From an uncultured Alphaproteobacteria bacterium (GTDB lineage: Bacteria > Pseudomonadota > Alphaproteobacteria > JAJFIK01), in the NCBI GenBank assembly GCA_964561475.1, contig CAZLPU010000011.1, positions 5,021 to 69,020 on the forward strand: 64,000 bases of DNA, written 5' to 3'. Position 1 is the stretch's first letter. The number at the start of each line of letters is the position of its first letter. A model generated the notes under the pieces. The model made no database searches. It saw only the letters and a program-made list of their open reading frames with translations, and was not told the DNA's origin. Made by a program: the position numbers and the translations under genes. Below are positions 9,231 to 19,131 of the stretch, piece after piece.

Positions 9231-10819
9231 CCGGTCTCTCCGTCGAGAGACAAAGACATCTGACCTTCATCCGCTTTCTTGCGGGTCCTCGTCCGGCTCT
9301 TGGCGGCCCGGCGGCGGTCGCTCACCTGGGACAGGCCGCTTTTCCGGCTGCCGTGCTTGGACTGGATGGCATCCGCCTGAGCCCTGAAGCCCTCGGTCCG
9401 CCGGGCGGCATAGACCTTTTCCTTGGCCTCCCGGGCGGCCTTGACCGGGTCGATGATCGGCGCGGGGTAGGTCTCATCCAGGTGCAGGCCGCTCGCCTTG
9501 CGGTCACCGGCGGGCATTTTCCAGGGCTCGTGAATGTACTTGTCCGGCACGCCTTCCAGGACTGGGATCCACCGGCGGATGAACTGCCCCTCCGGATCAT
9601 GATCCTTGCCCTGCTTGACCGGATTATAGATGCGGATGGTGTTGATGCCCGTGGTGCCCGACTGCATCTGGGTCTGGGACCAGTGGATGCCCGGCTCGAA
9701 ATCCGTGAACAGACGGCCCAGTTCCAGGCCGGTTTCCCGCCAGTGCAGCCAGAGGTGATAGGAGGCCACGCTCATGACCATGGCCCGCATACGGAAATTC
9801 AGATAGCCGGTGGTGTTCAGCGCGCGCATGCAGGCATCGAGGAAGGGCAGGCCGGTTTCGCCCTTCCGCCAGGCCTCGAAGCGGGCGGCATCGAATTCGC
9901 CTTCGCGCATGCCGTCATAACCCCGGTGCAGGTTGCGGTGCTCGATCTCCGGCTCGTCTTCAAGTTTCTGCATGAAATGGCAGTGCCAGTGCAGGCGCCC
10001 GATGAAACTGTCGATGGACTGGCGCCAGGGCAGGGTATCCGGTGCGCCCATGGCGTGGAGTTCTTCCAACCGTTCCCGGGCCTTCTGATAGGCCTCGCGG
10101 ATGGAAACGGTGCCCCAGGCAAGATGGGGGCTCAGGCGGGAACAGGCGGTGAAGGCGGTGTTCGGGCTCGACATGGCCTTGCGGTAGTCGCGGCCCCGTT
10201 CGTGAAGGAACGAGTGCAGACAATCCAGGCCCGCCTCGCGTCCCCCCGCCTGACGCTCCGGGCAGGGATCGGGATCAAGGCCGAGGTCGTCCGCATCGGG
10301 AATGGGGCCGGGCTCAAGACCGCCCAAAGGGGCAAGCCGGGGCGGGGTCAGGCGGGCGCCGGCCATTTGCCGGTCCCATTTGCCTGCCCAGCCATTTCGG
10401 CTTTTCAGACAGCGGATCACTCCGGTCTGGCGCAGCTCATGCCAAGCCACCCCATGGGCCTTCGCCCAGCGTTTGACCGCCTTGTCCCGCTCATAGGTCC
10501 AAAGCTGCCCGGTTTCCTCATGGGACCAGATGCTCGCGGCACCCTGCTGGCGCAGGGTTTCGAGAACATCAATGGCATTCCCGGTGCGGATGATCAACGG
10601 CTGACCCAGGCTGGCCAGATCCCTGCGCAACTCTGCAAGGGCTTCAGCAATGAAGGCCCATTGTCTGCGGGAATGTTCCGGCTGGGCCCATAGATCCGGC
10701 TCCACAATGTAGAGAGGGAGCACCGGTCCGACTTCGGCTGCGGCGCTCAAGGCCGGATGATCGTGGACCCGCAGATCCCGCTTGAACCAGACGATGTGAA
10801 ACGATGTGTTTTCCGCCAT
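9227..10819 (-). CDS. Cryptochrome/photolyase family protein (FAD-binding; class I CPD photolyase/cry-DASH-like), with a basic C-terminal tail
   Basis: N-terminal [19 protein letters not shown]-binding region [12 protein letters not shown]...[34 protein letters not shown]. 530 aa. The C-terminal 60 aa are Arg/Lys-rich. Confidence 0.85.
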   Translation of the reverse strand: MAENTSFHIVWFKRDLRVHDHPALSAAAEVGPVLPLYIVEPDLWAQPEHSRRQWAFIAEALAELRRDLASLGQPLIIRTGNAIDVLETLRQQGAASIWSHEETGQLWTYERDKAVKRWAKAHGVAWHELRQTGVIRCLKSRNGWAGKWDRQMAGARLTPPRLAPLGGLEPGPIPDADDLGLDPDPCPERQAGGREAGLDCLHSFLHERGRDYRKAMSSPNTAFTACSRLSPHLAWGTVSIREAYQKARERLEELHAMGAPDTLPWRQSIDSFIGRLHWHCHFMQKLEDEPEIEHRNLHRGYDGMREGEFDAARFEAWRKGETGLPFLDACMRALNTTGYLNFRMRAMVMSVASYHLWLHWRETGLELGRLFTDFEPGIHWSQTQMQSGTTGINTIRIYNPVKQGKDHDPEGQFIRRWIPVLEGVPDKYIHEPWKMPAGDRKASGLHLDETYPAPIIDPVKAAREAKEKVYAARRTEGFRAQADAIQSKHGSRKSGLSQVSDRRRAAKSRTRTRKKADEGQMSLSLDGETG

Positions 10820-10874
10820 GGGGGCCTTATGTCAGTGATCGTGGTCTTAATGCTCAACAAGAAAGGTGGTCCGA

Positions 10875-11891
10875 ATGACGTCCGTGGCAATTGTGGGAGC
10901 GGGGCCTGCGGGTCTTGCGTGCTGGAGTGTGCTTGCCGCTGCGGGGATCAAGGCGGATCTGTTCGACAAGGGCAGGGGGCCTGGGGGGCGCGCCTCAACC
11001 CGCAGGGGAGAGAGCGGGGCGCAATTCGATCATGGCCTGCAATACATCCGCACGCAGGATCCATCCTTTCAAAGCCAGATCGATCTCTGGGTCAGCGAAG
11101 GGCGGCTCGCGCCCTGGTCCGGCCGGTTTGGTCGGGTGACCCGGTCCGGCTTCGAAATGGACCAGGACGGCCCCCAGCGGTTCGTGGGTGTGCCGAAAAT
11201 GAATGAGTTGCTCAAGCCGGATACGGGTCCGGACGCAGGCAATGTCCAGTTCGGGGTGCAGATTGCAGAGGTGACAGGTGGGCCCGGTGACTGGATCCTG
11301 ACCGATGACGCAGGCCAGACCTATGGCCCCTATGCAAAGGTGGCGATTGGTGTGCCCGCGCCCCAGGCGGTTGCCATGCTGGCACCGGCGTCGGACCTGC
11401 AATTGCGCGCATCCGCCGCCGTTTATGCGCCCTGCTGGACCTTGATGGTGGCCCTGGAGACGCGGCTCGACCTGCCATTCGATGGTGCCGTGGTGGAGGG
11501 ATCGCCCGTGTCCTGGCTGGCCCGGGACAGCGCTAAACCCGGGCGGAATGCCGGCGGGGAGACGGGGCTTGAATGCTGGGTGGCCCAGGCCAGTGCCGAC
11601 TGGTCCAGGGAGCATCTGGAGATGGACCGGGAAGAGGCCTGTGACGCTCTGCTCGGTGCATTTGCAGAGCTGGCGAAGACCCTTGGCATCGGCGGCGCGA
11701 TCACACCGGTGATCCGGGCCGCCCATCGCTGGCGTTATGCGAATGTCGAGGTGCCCGCCGGGAGCCCTTGCCTGTGGGACGGGGCTTTGGGTCTGGGTGC
11801 CTGCGGCGACTGGTGTCTCGGCCCCCGGGTGGAGGCGGCCTGGACCTCCGGGCGCAGCCTTGGCCAAACCATCGCAGACGCCGGGCCTTGA
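10875..11891 (+). CDS. NAD(P)/FAD-dependent oxidoreductase (renalase/amine-oxidase-like), divergent from the photolyase
   Basis: N-terminal dinucleotide-binding VAIVGAGPAGLA. About 338 aa. ATG 10875 with AAAGGTGG upstream. The track's 10866 start is GTG. Confidence 0.7.
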   Translation: MTSVAIVGAGPAGLACWSVLAAAGIKADLFDKGRGPGGRASTRRGESGAQFDHGLQYIRTQDPSFQSQIDLWVSEGRLAPWSGRFGRVTRSGFEMDQDGPQRFVGVPKMNELLKPDTGPDAGNVQFGVQIAEVTGGPGDWILTDDAGQTYGPYAKVAIGVPAPQAVAMLAPASDLQLRASAAVYAPCWTLMVALETRLDLPFDGAVVEGSPVSWLARDSAKPGRNAGGETGLECWVAQASADWSREHLEMDREEACDALLGAFAELAKTLGIGGAITPVIRAAHRWRYANVEVPAGSPCLWDGALGLGACGDWCLGPRVEAAWTSGRSLGQTIADAGP

Positions 11892-11982
11892 TTGGATTGT
11901 CCAGGACATGGACATGGGCATAAGGAGGGGCATGGGCACGCCATGCCCCGGTTAATGCGGCCCTTACAGCGTCCGGCTTACC

Positions 11983-14007
11983 TTAGGGCTCCCCGTTGTC
12001 TTCTTCCGTGTCGGTCTCATCGGCTTCGGGCCGTGGCGGTTCGTCCTCCTCCACGACATCGTCGGCTTCAGGTGCACCGCTCGCATCCGGTGTGATTGCG
12101 GATTCTGAATCATCCGCCTCCGGCGTACCCGGTTCTGCGAAGGATGGGGGAATGCCGTTGGAGCGGAGCCAATCGGCGGCCTCAAAACTCAGGGGCATGG
12201 CCACACCGCCGATCACCGGGATGCGGAGGGTGAGGGTTGTTTGCCCGATGGCGGTGCTGCCTGCCTCCAGGGCCGAGCGGATGCGGGCATACTCTGCTTC
12301 CCGCTGGTCTTCATCGAAATACCAGTCGTCGTTGCTGACCGACATCCACTCCCCATCGGATGTCGGGGCCAGGACATAGGTGAACAATTCGTCCTCGGTC
12401 AGCAGGACGAACGAGAGTTCCAGTGCCTCGTCTCCGACAATATCTGTGCTGAGCAGTACGCAGTAGTGCTCAGCCTTGACGCAGCGCCGGATCTGGTAGG
12501 GCTGGTGAATTTCGAGAAGTGCAAGGGCTTTGGGATCCGGTTCGACATCCGCAGGAATACGGGGCAGGACCTGACGCAGAATCTGACCCTCCGAGAGAGG
12601 CCGGTCTTCATACAGACGGTTGGCTTGCCAGTCCCAGTAACCGGCCGCCTCCTCAAGAATGGCCAGTTGCTTGTCTACGGTCTCCCGGTCGGCAAGGGAT
12701 GTGTCTCTGGCAATGTCCGCCAGCGCCTTTTGTCCCGCGGCGCCCAGTCTGAACTTCAGGGCACCGAAATCCAAATCGAGTGCGGAAATACGCCCGTCGC
12801 GAAGGCGCTCGACCATATCCTGGGCTTTCCACTCATAGGGATTGAAGAAGGGCGTCTGCACAAAGACTGAAACAAGAAGGGCGATCCCGGCGAGCAGAAT
12901 ATTGCCCTGGCTCAGAACGGGGAACATGCGCGGCAGCAGGGCCGAAAGGGCATAGAGCAGACCGTAAAGCGCAAACACGCAGAACAGGACGCCGGAAAGA
13001 ATGTCCTGGATGCTCAGGCTGCCGTCCTGATAGTCCCGCGCCAGAAGAATGAGGGCCAGGGCCACGAAACCCGGCAGGGCCACGCTCAGGGCCCGGACGC
13101 TGATCATGGAGATAAGGCCCCTGGTACCGTCCCGTTCTCCATCACCCAAAGTGGCATTGACCAGGACCAGAGTACCGACGGCAACCACGAGCAGCACACT
13201 GATTGTGGACCCGGTTTCCCACAGGGGCTCCAGACCCGTGAACAGCAGGGTGATTAGGAACAGCAGGGCCGCAAGGGCCGCCACCGGTGCCAGCAGCTGG
13301 AGCAGGGCGAACAGAACCCCACGGACGGTCAGGATGATGCTTTCCTGTTCCCGTAAGATACCGATCGCGGTGCCGAAGGCTGCGGTGTAAAGCGCGTAGG
13401 CGACATACCGGTCGGTGAACAGGTCGGTGAAAAATTCGATCCCGATCAGTTCAAACAGAGCCATCCAGGTGAAGAGAACCAGAGCGAACAAGCCCATGAA
13501 CAGGCCTGCCACGACCACCATGACCGTCGTGTTCCAGGCAAATTCGAACAGGGAAGGATAGGTGTTCGCGGGCTGGCGGCGTTCATAGGTGGTGCGGAAA
13601 AAGGGGAGGCTGACCAGAAAGATCACCGCCCCGCCGACCCAGGACAATTCCCCTGGCGCGCCGCCCTCAAGCCCCCAGCCGAACGTCCATTGGCTCAGCC
13701 AGTAGAGACCGGAGAGTGTCAGGGCAAGCACCACGCTGTACACGCCCGACGCGATGCGGGTGGCAGGTGCTGTGGTCAGCCAGTAACCACTGGCCAGGGC
13801 CAAGGCCATGATCACGAGGCCCACGGTCAAAGGGCCGGAAAAGGGCTCAATCTCCGGATCCAGCAGAAAGGCCTGGATCACACCCACCAAAGCGCCGGCC
13901 AGGGTGAACCAGATTGCGATGAACAAGGGGCTGCCCACGGCCGCGGTCCGGGAGTGCGCATCGGATGCCGCTTGGTCTGGTGACTTTGGGTCCGCTGAGG
14001 TGGTCAT
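11983..14007 (-). CDS. Large polytopic membrane protein (DUF4153-like) with an acidic C-terminal tail
   Basis: 674 aa. About 12 hydrophobic helices in the N-terminal 400 aa. A soluble C-terminal domain. A terminal Asp/Glu-rich tail. No catalytic motifs recognised. Confidence 0.55.
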   Translation of the reverse strand: MTTSADPKSPDQAASDAHSRTAAVGSPLFIAIWFTLAGALVGVIQAFLLDPEIEPFSGPLTVGLVIMALALASGYWLTTAPATRIASGVYSVVLALTLSGLYWLSQWTFGWGLEGGAPGELSWVGGAVIFLVSLPFFRTTYERRQPANTYPSLFEFAWNTTVMVVVAGLFMGLFALVLFTWMALFELIGIEFFTDLFTDRYVAYALYTAAFGTAIGILREQESIILTVRGVLFALLQLLAPVAALAALLFLITLLFTGLEPLWETGSTISVLLVVAVGTLVLVNATLGDGERDGTRGLISMISVRALSVALPGFVALALILLARDYQDGSLSIQDILSGVLFCVFALYGLLYALSALLPRMFPVLSQGNILLAGIALLVSVFVQTPFFNPYEWKAQDMVERLRDGRISALDLDFGALKFRLGAAGQKALADIARDTSLADRETVDKQLAILEEAAGYWDWQANRLYEDRPLSEGQILRQVLPRIPADVEPDPKALALLEIHQPYQIRRCVKAEHYCVLLSTDIVGDEALELSFVLLTEDELFTYVLAPTSDGEWMSVSNDDWYFDEDQREAEYARIRSALEAGSTAIGQTTLTLRIPVIGGVAMPLSFEAADWLRSNGIPPSFAEPGTPEADDSESAITPDASGAPEADDVVEEDEPPRPEADETDTEEDNGEP

Positions 14008-14123
14008 GGCTACAGTTCCCCTGGCATGTCGCCCGGCTGTGGTGCCGGTTCATGGTCAGGAGAGTGTAGCGTCAGGCCGAACATGCGTCGACTGAACGTT
14101 GGCCCGGCTTGGATGGAAGCGGT

Positions 14124-14166
14124 TCAGGTGGCAAGGACTCAGGTGGCAAGGGCCCAGGTGGTAGGG
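14124..14166. repeat. Three direct repeats of CAGGTGG(C/T)A(A/G)GG at 15-bp periodicity upstream of the DUF4153 gene
   Basis: tCAGGTGGCAAGGac tCAGGTGGCAAGGgcc CAGGTGGTAGGG. Located about 120-160 bp upstream of the minus-strand start at 14007. Confidence 0.6.
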
Positions 14167-14242
14167 CATTACCTGTGCAACACAACTTGCCAAACCCGCA
14201 AGCCGCGTTGACTGCGAGGCGTTCCGGATCAGGCTGATTTCA

Positions 14243-16285
14243 TCAGGCGGCCCCTTTTGCCTGCCATGTGGTCAGGAAGGTGGCGCAGTCCTGGTGGGGC
14301 ATGGGCGCGGAAAAGAGATAGCCCTGCATCCGGTCGGTCCCGAGCTGATCAAGTACGGTCCGGTGTGCCTCGGTCTCGATCCCCTCCGCCACGGTGGCCA
14401 TGGACAGGGTGCCCGCAAGACCGATGATCGCCTGAACAATGGCCAGGGAATTGGCGTTGGTATCGCAATCGAAGACGAAGCTCTTATCGATCTTGATGGT
14501 GTTGATGGGCAGGGACCGCAGATAGGCAAGGCTTGAATAGCCGGTGCCGAAATCGTCGAGGGCAATCCGCACACCAAGTTGTCCGAGGGCCTGGAGCACC
14601 GTGAAGGTGCCGTCCAGATCCCACAGGAAGAAGCTCTCGGTCACCTCCACTTCGATGGCGGAAGGGGGCAGGCCGTGGGTTTCAATGCTGTTTCTGATGG
14701 TGGCGACGATATCCGCGTCCTTCAGGTCCTGGCCGGAGATGTTGACCGCGAGGGTGTCCACCAGCCCCGCCTTAATCCATGGGGCGGCGCCGGCAATGGC
14801 GGTCTTGAGCACCCTGTCACTCAGCACACCGATCAGGCCGTTTTCCTCCGCGTGCTTGATGAAGCGGTTGGGCATGAGGAGCCCGAGTTCGGGATGGCGC
14901 CAGCGGGTGAGGGCCTCCAGCCCCGCCACCCGGCCCGTGCGCGCGCACACCTGGGGCTGATACCAGACTTCAAGCTGGCCCGGGAATTCGGGCTGGCGCA
15001 TGGCACGGATGAGGCTCTGGCGCTCCTCAAGGGCGGCCTTGAGATCATTGGTGGCCCGGTGCCACTGATCCCGCCCGGCGGATTTTGAGGCATAAAGGGC
15101 GATATCCGCGAGCCATTGAAGGTCCTTTGCGTCCTTGGCGTCATCGGGCGCGCAGGCGATGCCAACAGAGACGGTCGGATAGATCGTCCCATGGTCCAGC
15201 CGGACAGGCGCGCGCATGGCCGTGACGATCCGTTCCCCCAACGAAGCCAATTGATCCGAAGTAAGATTGTCGCAAACAACCAGGGCAAACTCGTCCCCGC
15301 CAAGGCGAGCGGTCAGTGCGCTTTCCCATTCGTCAGCAATGCCCTGGAGGCGCCGGGCGATGGTCTGAAGCAGGATATCGCCCGCGTAGTGGCCGTGAGA
15401 ATCGTTGACTTCCTTGAACCGGTCCAGGTCGATCAGCACGAGGGTCAGGGCAGAGGATATGCACGCGGATCCGCCCTCCGGTTTGCAGGTTCCCTGACCT
15501 CTGTCCGAATTCATTCCTGAATGCATGCATTGGGTCAGATAGCGCTGGTAGACCCGCCGGTTGGCAAGACAGGTCAATTGATCCTGCTCCGAAAGGTCGA
15601 CCGCTTCCCGTCGCGCCGCCATGATCGTGGTCATGGACGTGCGGTAGAGATTGGCCACGGTACTGAGCAGTATGTAGATGCTCACACAGGTCATGATCGC
15701 CGCAATGGCATGACCCTGGGCATCGAAGATCGTGATGCCCTCGGGCATGTGAACCCGGCCCAGGGATGACAAAACGGGCAGGGCCGCGAAACCGCCACAC
15801 ACGCTGATCAACACGAAAAAGCCGACGCGCGGGGAGATCAGCAGGCTGAACAGAACCGGTAGTACCGTCAGCATAATGATGTTGCGGGAATAGATGCCGA
15901 AGAGCAGGAACGGCCAGGGCATCAGGCCGATGCTTATGCACACCAGTGTCAGCCATGCACCGATTCGCAGGGCCTTGGTTCGGCGCAGGATGAAGGGCAC
16001 CATGCACAGGATCACGCCCAGGCCCAAGGGCACGGCAATGCTGAGCAGACCCGCAAGACCGCCGAAGGACGTGCTCTGGCGCGTCCATTCTCCCCAGGCC
16101 TGAACGCCGCCCATGACGATGGCCAAAAGGCCCATGGCCGGTGCGAAGATTATCAGGGCCCGGGCGCGGAAGGCATGAAACGGGTCAGTGTCGTCCGGCG
16201 GTAATCCGACGAACCGGTCGATGATGCTCAGACAGGAGGCCAGCACTCCCGGAGCGCCGGTCCTCTCCGTCCGCTCGTTTTCCAT
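14243..16285 (-). CDS. Membrane-anchored GGDEF-EAL protein (diguanylate cyclase/c-di-GMP phosphodiesterase) with an N-terminal multi-TM sensor domain
   Basis: N-terminal 7-8 TM helices. GGDEF motif RLGGDEFAL. EAL-domain motifs (EALTRWRHPELG, DDFGTGYSSL, KIDKSFV). Confidence 0.85.
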   Translation of the reverse strand: MENERTERTGAPGVLASCLSIIDRFVGLPPDDTDPFHAFRARALIIFAPAMGLLAIVMGGVQAWGEWTRQSTSFGGLAGLLSIAVPLGLGVILCMVPFILRRTKALRIGAWLTLVCISIGLMPWPFLLFGIYSRNIIMLTVLPVLFSLLISPRVGFFVLISVCGGFAALPVLSSLGRVHMPEGITIFDAQGHAIAAIMTCVSIYILLSTVANLYRTSMTTIMAARREAVDLSEQDQLTCLANRRVYQRYLTQCMHSGMNSDRGQGTCKPEGGSACISSALTLVLIDLDRFKEVNDSHGHYAGDILLQTIARRLQGIADEWESALTARLGGDEFALVVCDNLTSDQLASLGERIVTAMRAPVRLDHGTIYPTVSVGIACAPDDAKDAKDLQWLADIALYASKSAGRDQWHRATNDLKAALEERQSLIRAMRQPEFPGQLEVWYQPQVCARTGRVAGLEALTRWRHPELGLLMPNRFIKHAEENGLIGVLSDRVLKTAIAGAAPWIKAGLVDTLAVNISGQDLKDADIVATIRNSIETHGLPPSAIEVEVTESFFLWDLDGTFTVLQALGQLGVRIALDDFGTGYSSLAYLRSLPINTIKIDKSFVFDCDTNANSLAIVQAIIGLAGTLSMATVAEGIETEAHRTVLDQLGTDRMQGYLFSAPMPHQDCATFLTTWQAKGAA

Positions 16286-16390
16286 GTGCGGTCCCCAAAT
16301 GCCACAAGTCCCACTCCATACGGGGCAGACTGTACGGGGTACCGGTTGCAGTTGTTCTAACGGGCGGGCCTCGAGCCACGCCGGAACCGA

Positions 16391-16879
16391 TCAAACCGCG
16401 TCAGGGTTGCCCGCAGGAGCGATGAGGAAATGGCCGTGAAGGGCGGCAATCGGCCGGGAACGGTCGTCCTGCCAGGCCTCCACCCTCACATTGGCGACCC
16501 GGCGGCCCTGTTTGGTCACCATGGCCCGGGCATAGGTCTCCATGGGCCGCCCTGAACGGAGATATTCGACGGAGATATTCACCGGTTTGGGCATTTTCTC
16601 GCTCTCGATCTCGCCCAAAAGCTGGACAATGGCCGCAGTCTCCAGGAATGCCCCGATGACGCCGCCATGGAGGGCCGGCAGGGACGGATTGCCGATCAGC
16701 ATGTCCTGGTAGGGCAGCACCGCGGTCATCTCATTGCCCGCCCGGTTGATCCGTATGCCCAGGAAATCCGCATAGGGGATGGCGGCGATCAGGGTTTTCA
16801 ACTGATCCGGCGAGGGGGACCGGCGGATGGCGGCAAGGTCCGGCACGGCTCCGGGAGGGGGGCCTTGTGTGTCTGTCAT
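16391..16879 (-). CDS. PaaI-family (hotdog fold) thioesterase
   Basis: 162 aa, hotdog 4HBT pattern (HGGVIGAFLETA). Start ATGA-overlapped with the upstream paralog's stop. Confidence 0.7.
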   Translation of the reverse strand: MTDTQGPPPGAVPDLAAIRRSPSPDQLKTLIAAIPYADFLGIRINRAGNEMTAVLPYQDMLIGNPSLPALHGGVIGAFLETAAIVQLLGEIESEKMPKPVNISVEYLRSGRPMETYARAMVTKQGRRVANVRVEAWQDDRSRPIAALHGHFLIAPAGNPDAV

Positions 16880-17385
16880 GATGATTTGCCCAGGCTGGTC
16901 AGCATGAATGCCGCCGTGGAGGTGGCAATGGGGTCATTGTAGTCGCCGTTGTAGGCCGTGCCCCGGACGAAGGCGATGGTGCGGGAGACCTTGTAGCAAT
17001 GGGCGTGGGCCTGGATCGGCTCTCCGGGGGTGGCCGGGCGCATGTAATCAATGCGCAGGTCCAGTGTCGCAGTGGCAGAGGGCTTCTCCAGGGCACAGAA
17101 CACGGCAATGCCGGAGACATTGTCCAGAATGGTGGTCACAACCCCGCCATGGATGACGCCGGTTTCCCGATTGCCGATGAACCGGTCCGAGAAGGGCACC
17201 ATGACCGTGGCATTGGCCTGCCAGACTTCCAAAAGCCTCATGCCGATGGCCTTCACATGGGGCACACCGTTGAGCATGAAATAGGGCGGCCTGCCCCCAA
17301 GGGCCTCGAGCAGGGGAGGCTGGGGTTGTCCCGCGGCGGTCGGGGCGCCTGATGCGGGGGTGAATGAAGGTGGGGGTTCGGCCAT
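16876..17385 (-). CDS. PaaI-family (hotdog fold) thioesterase, tandem paralog
   Basis: 169 aa, HGGVVTTILDN motif. Paralogous to 16391..16879. Confidence 0.7.
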   Translation of the reverse strand: MAEPPPSFTPASGAPTAAGQPQPPLLEALGGRPPYFMLNGVPHVKAIGMRLLEVWQANATVMVPFSDRFIGNRETGVIHGGVVTTILDNVSGIAVFCALEKPSATATLDLRIDYMRPATPGEPIQAHAHCYKVSRTIAFVRGTAYNGDYNDPIATSTAAFMLTSLGKSS

Positions 17386-17680
17386 GTCGGCGGGTCCTCA
17401 GGGCAAAAAGTCCATTCTCATCCAGTGCATCCCTCATCCGGTGTGTTTGGCCGGTGCGGTTGGGATGAACGCTGCCTCAAGGGAAGGCGCCCATCCCGGG
17501 CAAGTCAACTCTGCACATCCGGGAGAGGCACGAATTGGGGGCGCGCGGCGGATGCCGGGGCTGATCCCAATCTCGATCCCAGTCCCAATTGCAATCCGGG
17601 TCCAGGTCCTTGACGGCGGGAGACCGCCGCACCAGCATCGGGTAACAGGTTGAACCAGACAATAATGGAGGACGATCGGG

Positions 17681-19114
17681 ATGGGCAGTCAGGCGGCAGG
17701 GATGAAGGGGTTGCGGGCCTGCATCATCGGGGCTGGTTGCAGCGGGTTCACCACCGCCAAGGCGCTCCAGGACAAGGGGATCGCTTTCGACTGCTTCGAG
17801 ATGAGCGATCAGGTGGGAGGCAACTGGGTCTACAAGAACCGGAACGGCATGTCCTCCTGTTATCAGTCCCTCCACATCGATACGTCCAAATTCCGCATGG
17901 CTTTCGAGGATTATCCCATTCCGGATGATTTTCCGGACTTTCCCCACCATGCGCAGGTCCTCCAATACATGAATGGCTATGTGGACCATTTCGGCTTGCG
18001 GGAAAAGATCAGCTTCATGACCCGGGTGGACTGGTGCGAGCGCCTGGATGACGGGTTATGGCGGGTCCGGATTACCCGGCTGGATGGCACCGGCGCGGAC
18101 CTGGAAACCGAGACCAGGCTTTATGATGCGGTCTTTGTCTGTAACGGGCATCACTGGTGCGCCCGCTGGCCGGATCCCGCTTTTCCCGGTGCGGACCGGT
18201 TCGAAGGGGTGCAGATGCATTCCCACGATTACCTCAATCCATTCGAGCCCTATGACATGCGGGGCCGGAACATCATCGTGGTCGGCATGGGCAATTCCGC
18301 CATGGATATCGCCTCGGAACTGGGGCAGAAGCCCTTTGCGGACCGGCTTTACCTGTCTGCCCGGCGCGGGGTCTATGTGTTTCCCAAATACATTAACGGT
18401 CAGCCTGCCGACAAAAGTCCGGCGCCCGCCTGGATGCCCGCGTCCTGGCGCCGGTGGTTTGCCGCGCGCGCCCTGGAGCAGGCGGTGGGCAAGATGGAGT
18501 CCTATGGCCTGCCCAAACCGGATTACAAGCCGCTCGAAGCGCACCCTTCCGTATCCGGCGAAATTCTGACCCGCCTGGGCTGCGGCGATGTGATCCCCAA
18601 GCCCAACATCGAGGAGATTCTGCCCCGGTCCGTGCGGTTCACCGACGGGACGCAAGTGGATGCGGATGTCATCATCTATGCCACGGGGTATACGGTGCGT
18701 TTCCCGTTCCTGGACGAAGACACTGTGGGCCTGAAGGACAATCACATCAAGCTCTTTAAGCGGATGATCCGTCCGGATATCCCCAGCCTGTTCTTCATGG
18801 GGCTGGCCCAGCCTCTGCCCACCCTGGTGAATTTCGCCGAACAGCAGGCCCGGTTCGTGACTGCCTATCTGACCGGCCACTATCATCTGCCCGCCCCTGA
18901 GGACATGGAGGCGGTCATCGAAGAGGACGAGCAGCGTTTCCTTGGCCATTTCTACGATTCGCCCCGCCACCGGATGCAGGTGGACTTTGACGATTATGTC
19001 CGGGATTTGAAAAAGGAATGGGCGAAGGGAGCGAAACGGGCGCGCCGGAACGGCTATCAGCCCCAGATCCCCGCCCGCGCCGCCGACCCGGCCCTGGGCC
19101 GGGATGTGGCTTGA
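17681..19114 (+). CDS. Flavin-containing monooxygenase (class B, FMO-like)
   Basis: GxGxxG (IIGAGCSG). FMO-identifying FxGxxxHxxxY (FEGVQMHSHDY). Second Rossmann motif (VVGMGNSAMD). FATGY-like IYATGY. GGAGGA RBS 9 nt upstream of ATG 17681. Confidence 0.8.
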   Translation: MGSQAAGMKGLRACIIGAGCSGFTTAKALQDKGIAFDCFEMSDQVGGNWVYKNRNGMSSCYQSLHIDTSKFRMAFEDYPIPDDFPDFPHHAQVLQYMNGYVDHFGLREKISFMTRVDWCERLDDGLWRVRITRLDGTGADLETETRLYDAVFVCNGHHWCARWPDPAFPGADRFEGVQMHSHDYLNPFEPYDMRGRNIIVVGMGNSAMDIASELGQKPFADRLYLSARRGVYVFPKYINGQPADKSPAPAWMPASWRRWFAARALEQAVGKMESYGLPKPDYKPLEAHPSVSGEILTRLGCGDVIPKPNIEEILPRSVRFTDGTQVDADVIIYATGYTVRFPFLDEDTVGLKDNHIKLFKRMIRPDIPSLFFMGLAQPLPTLVNFAEQQARFVTAYLTGHYHLPAPEDMEAVIEEDEQRFLGHFYDSPRHRMQVDFDDYVRDLKKEWAKGAKRARRNGYQPQIPARAADPALGRDVA

Positions 19115-19131
19115 ACGGAAAGAGCAAAGCA

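Noticed and set aside
9353-10693. 446-aa plus-strand ORF
   Set aside because: Antisense to the photolyase gene, with no motifs.
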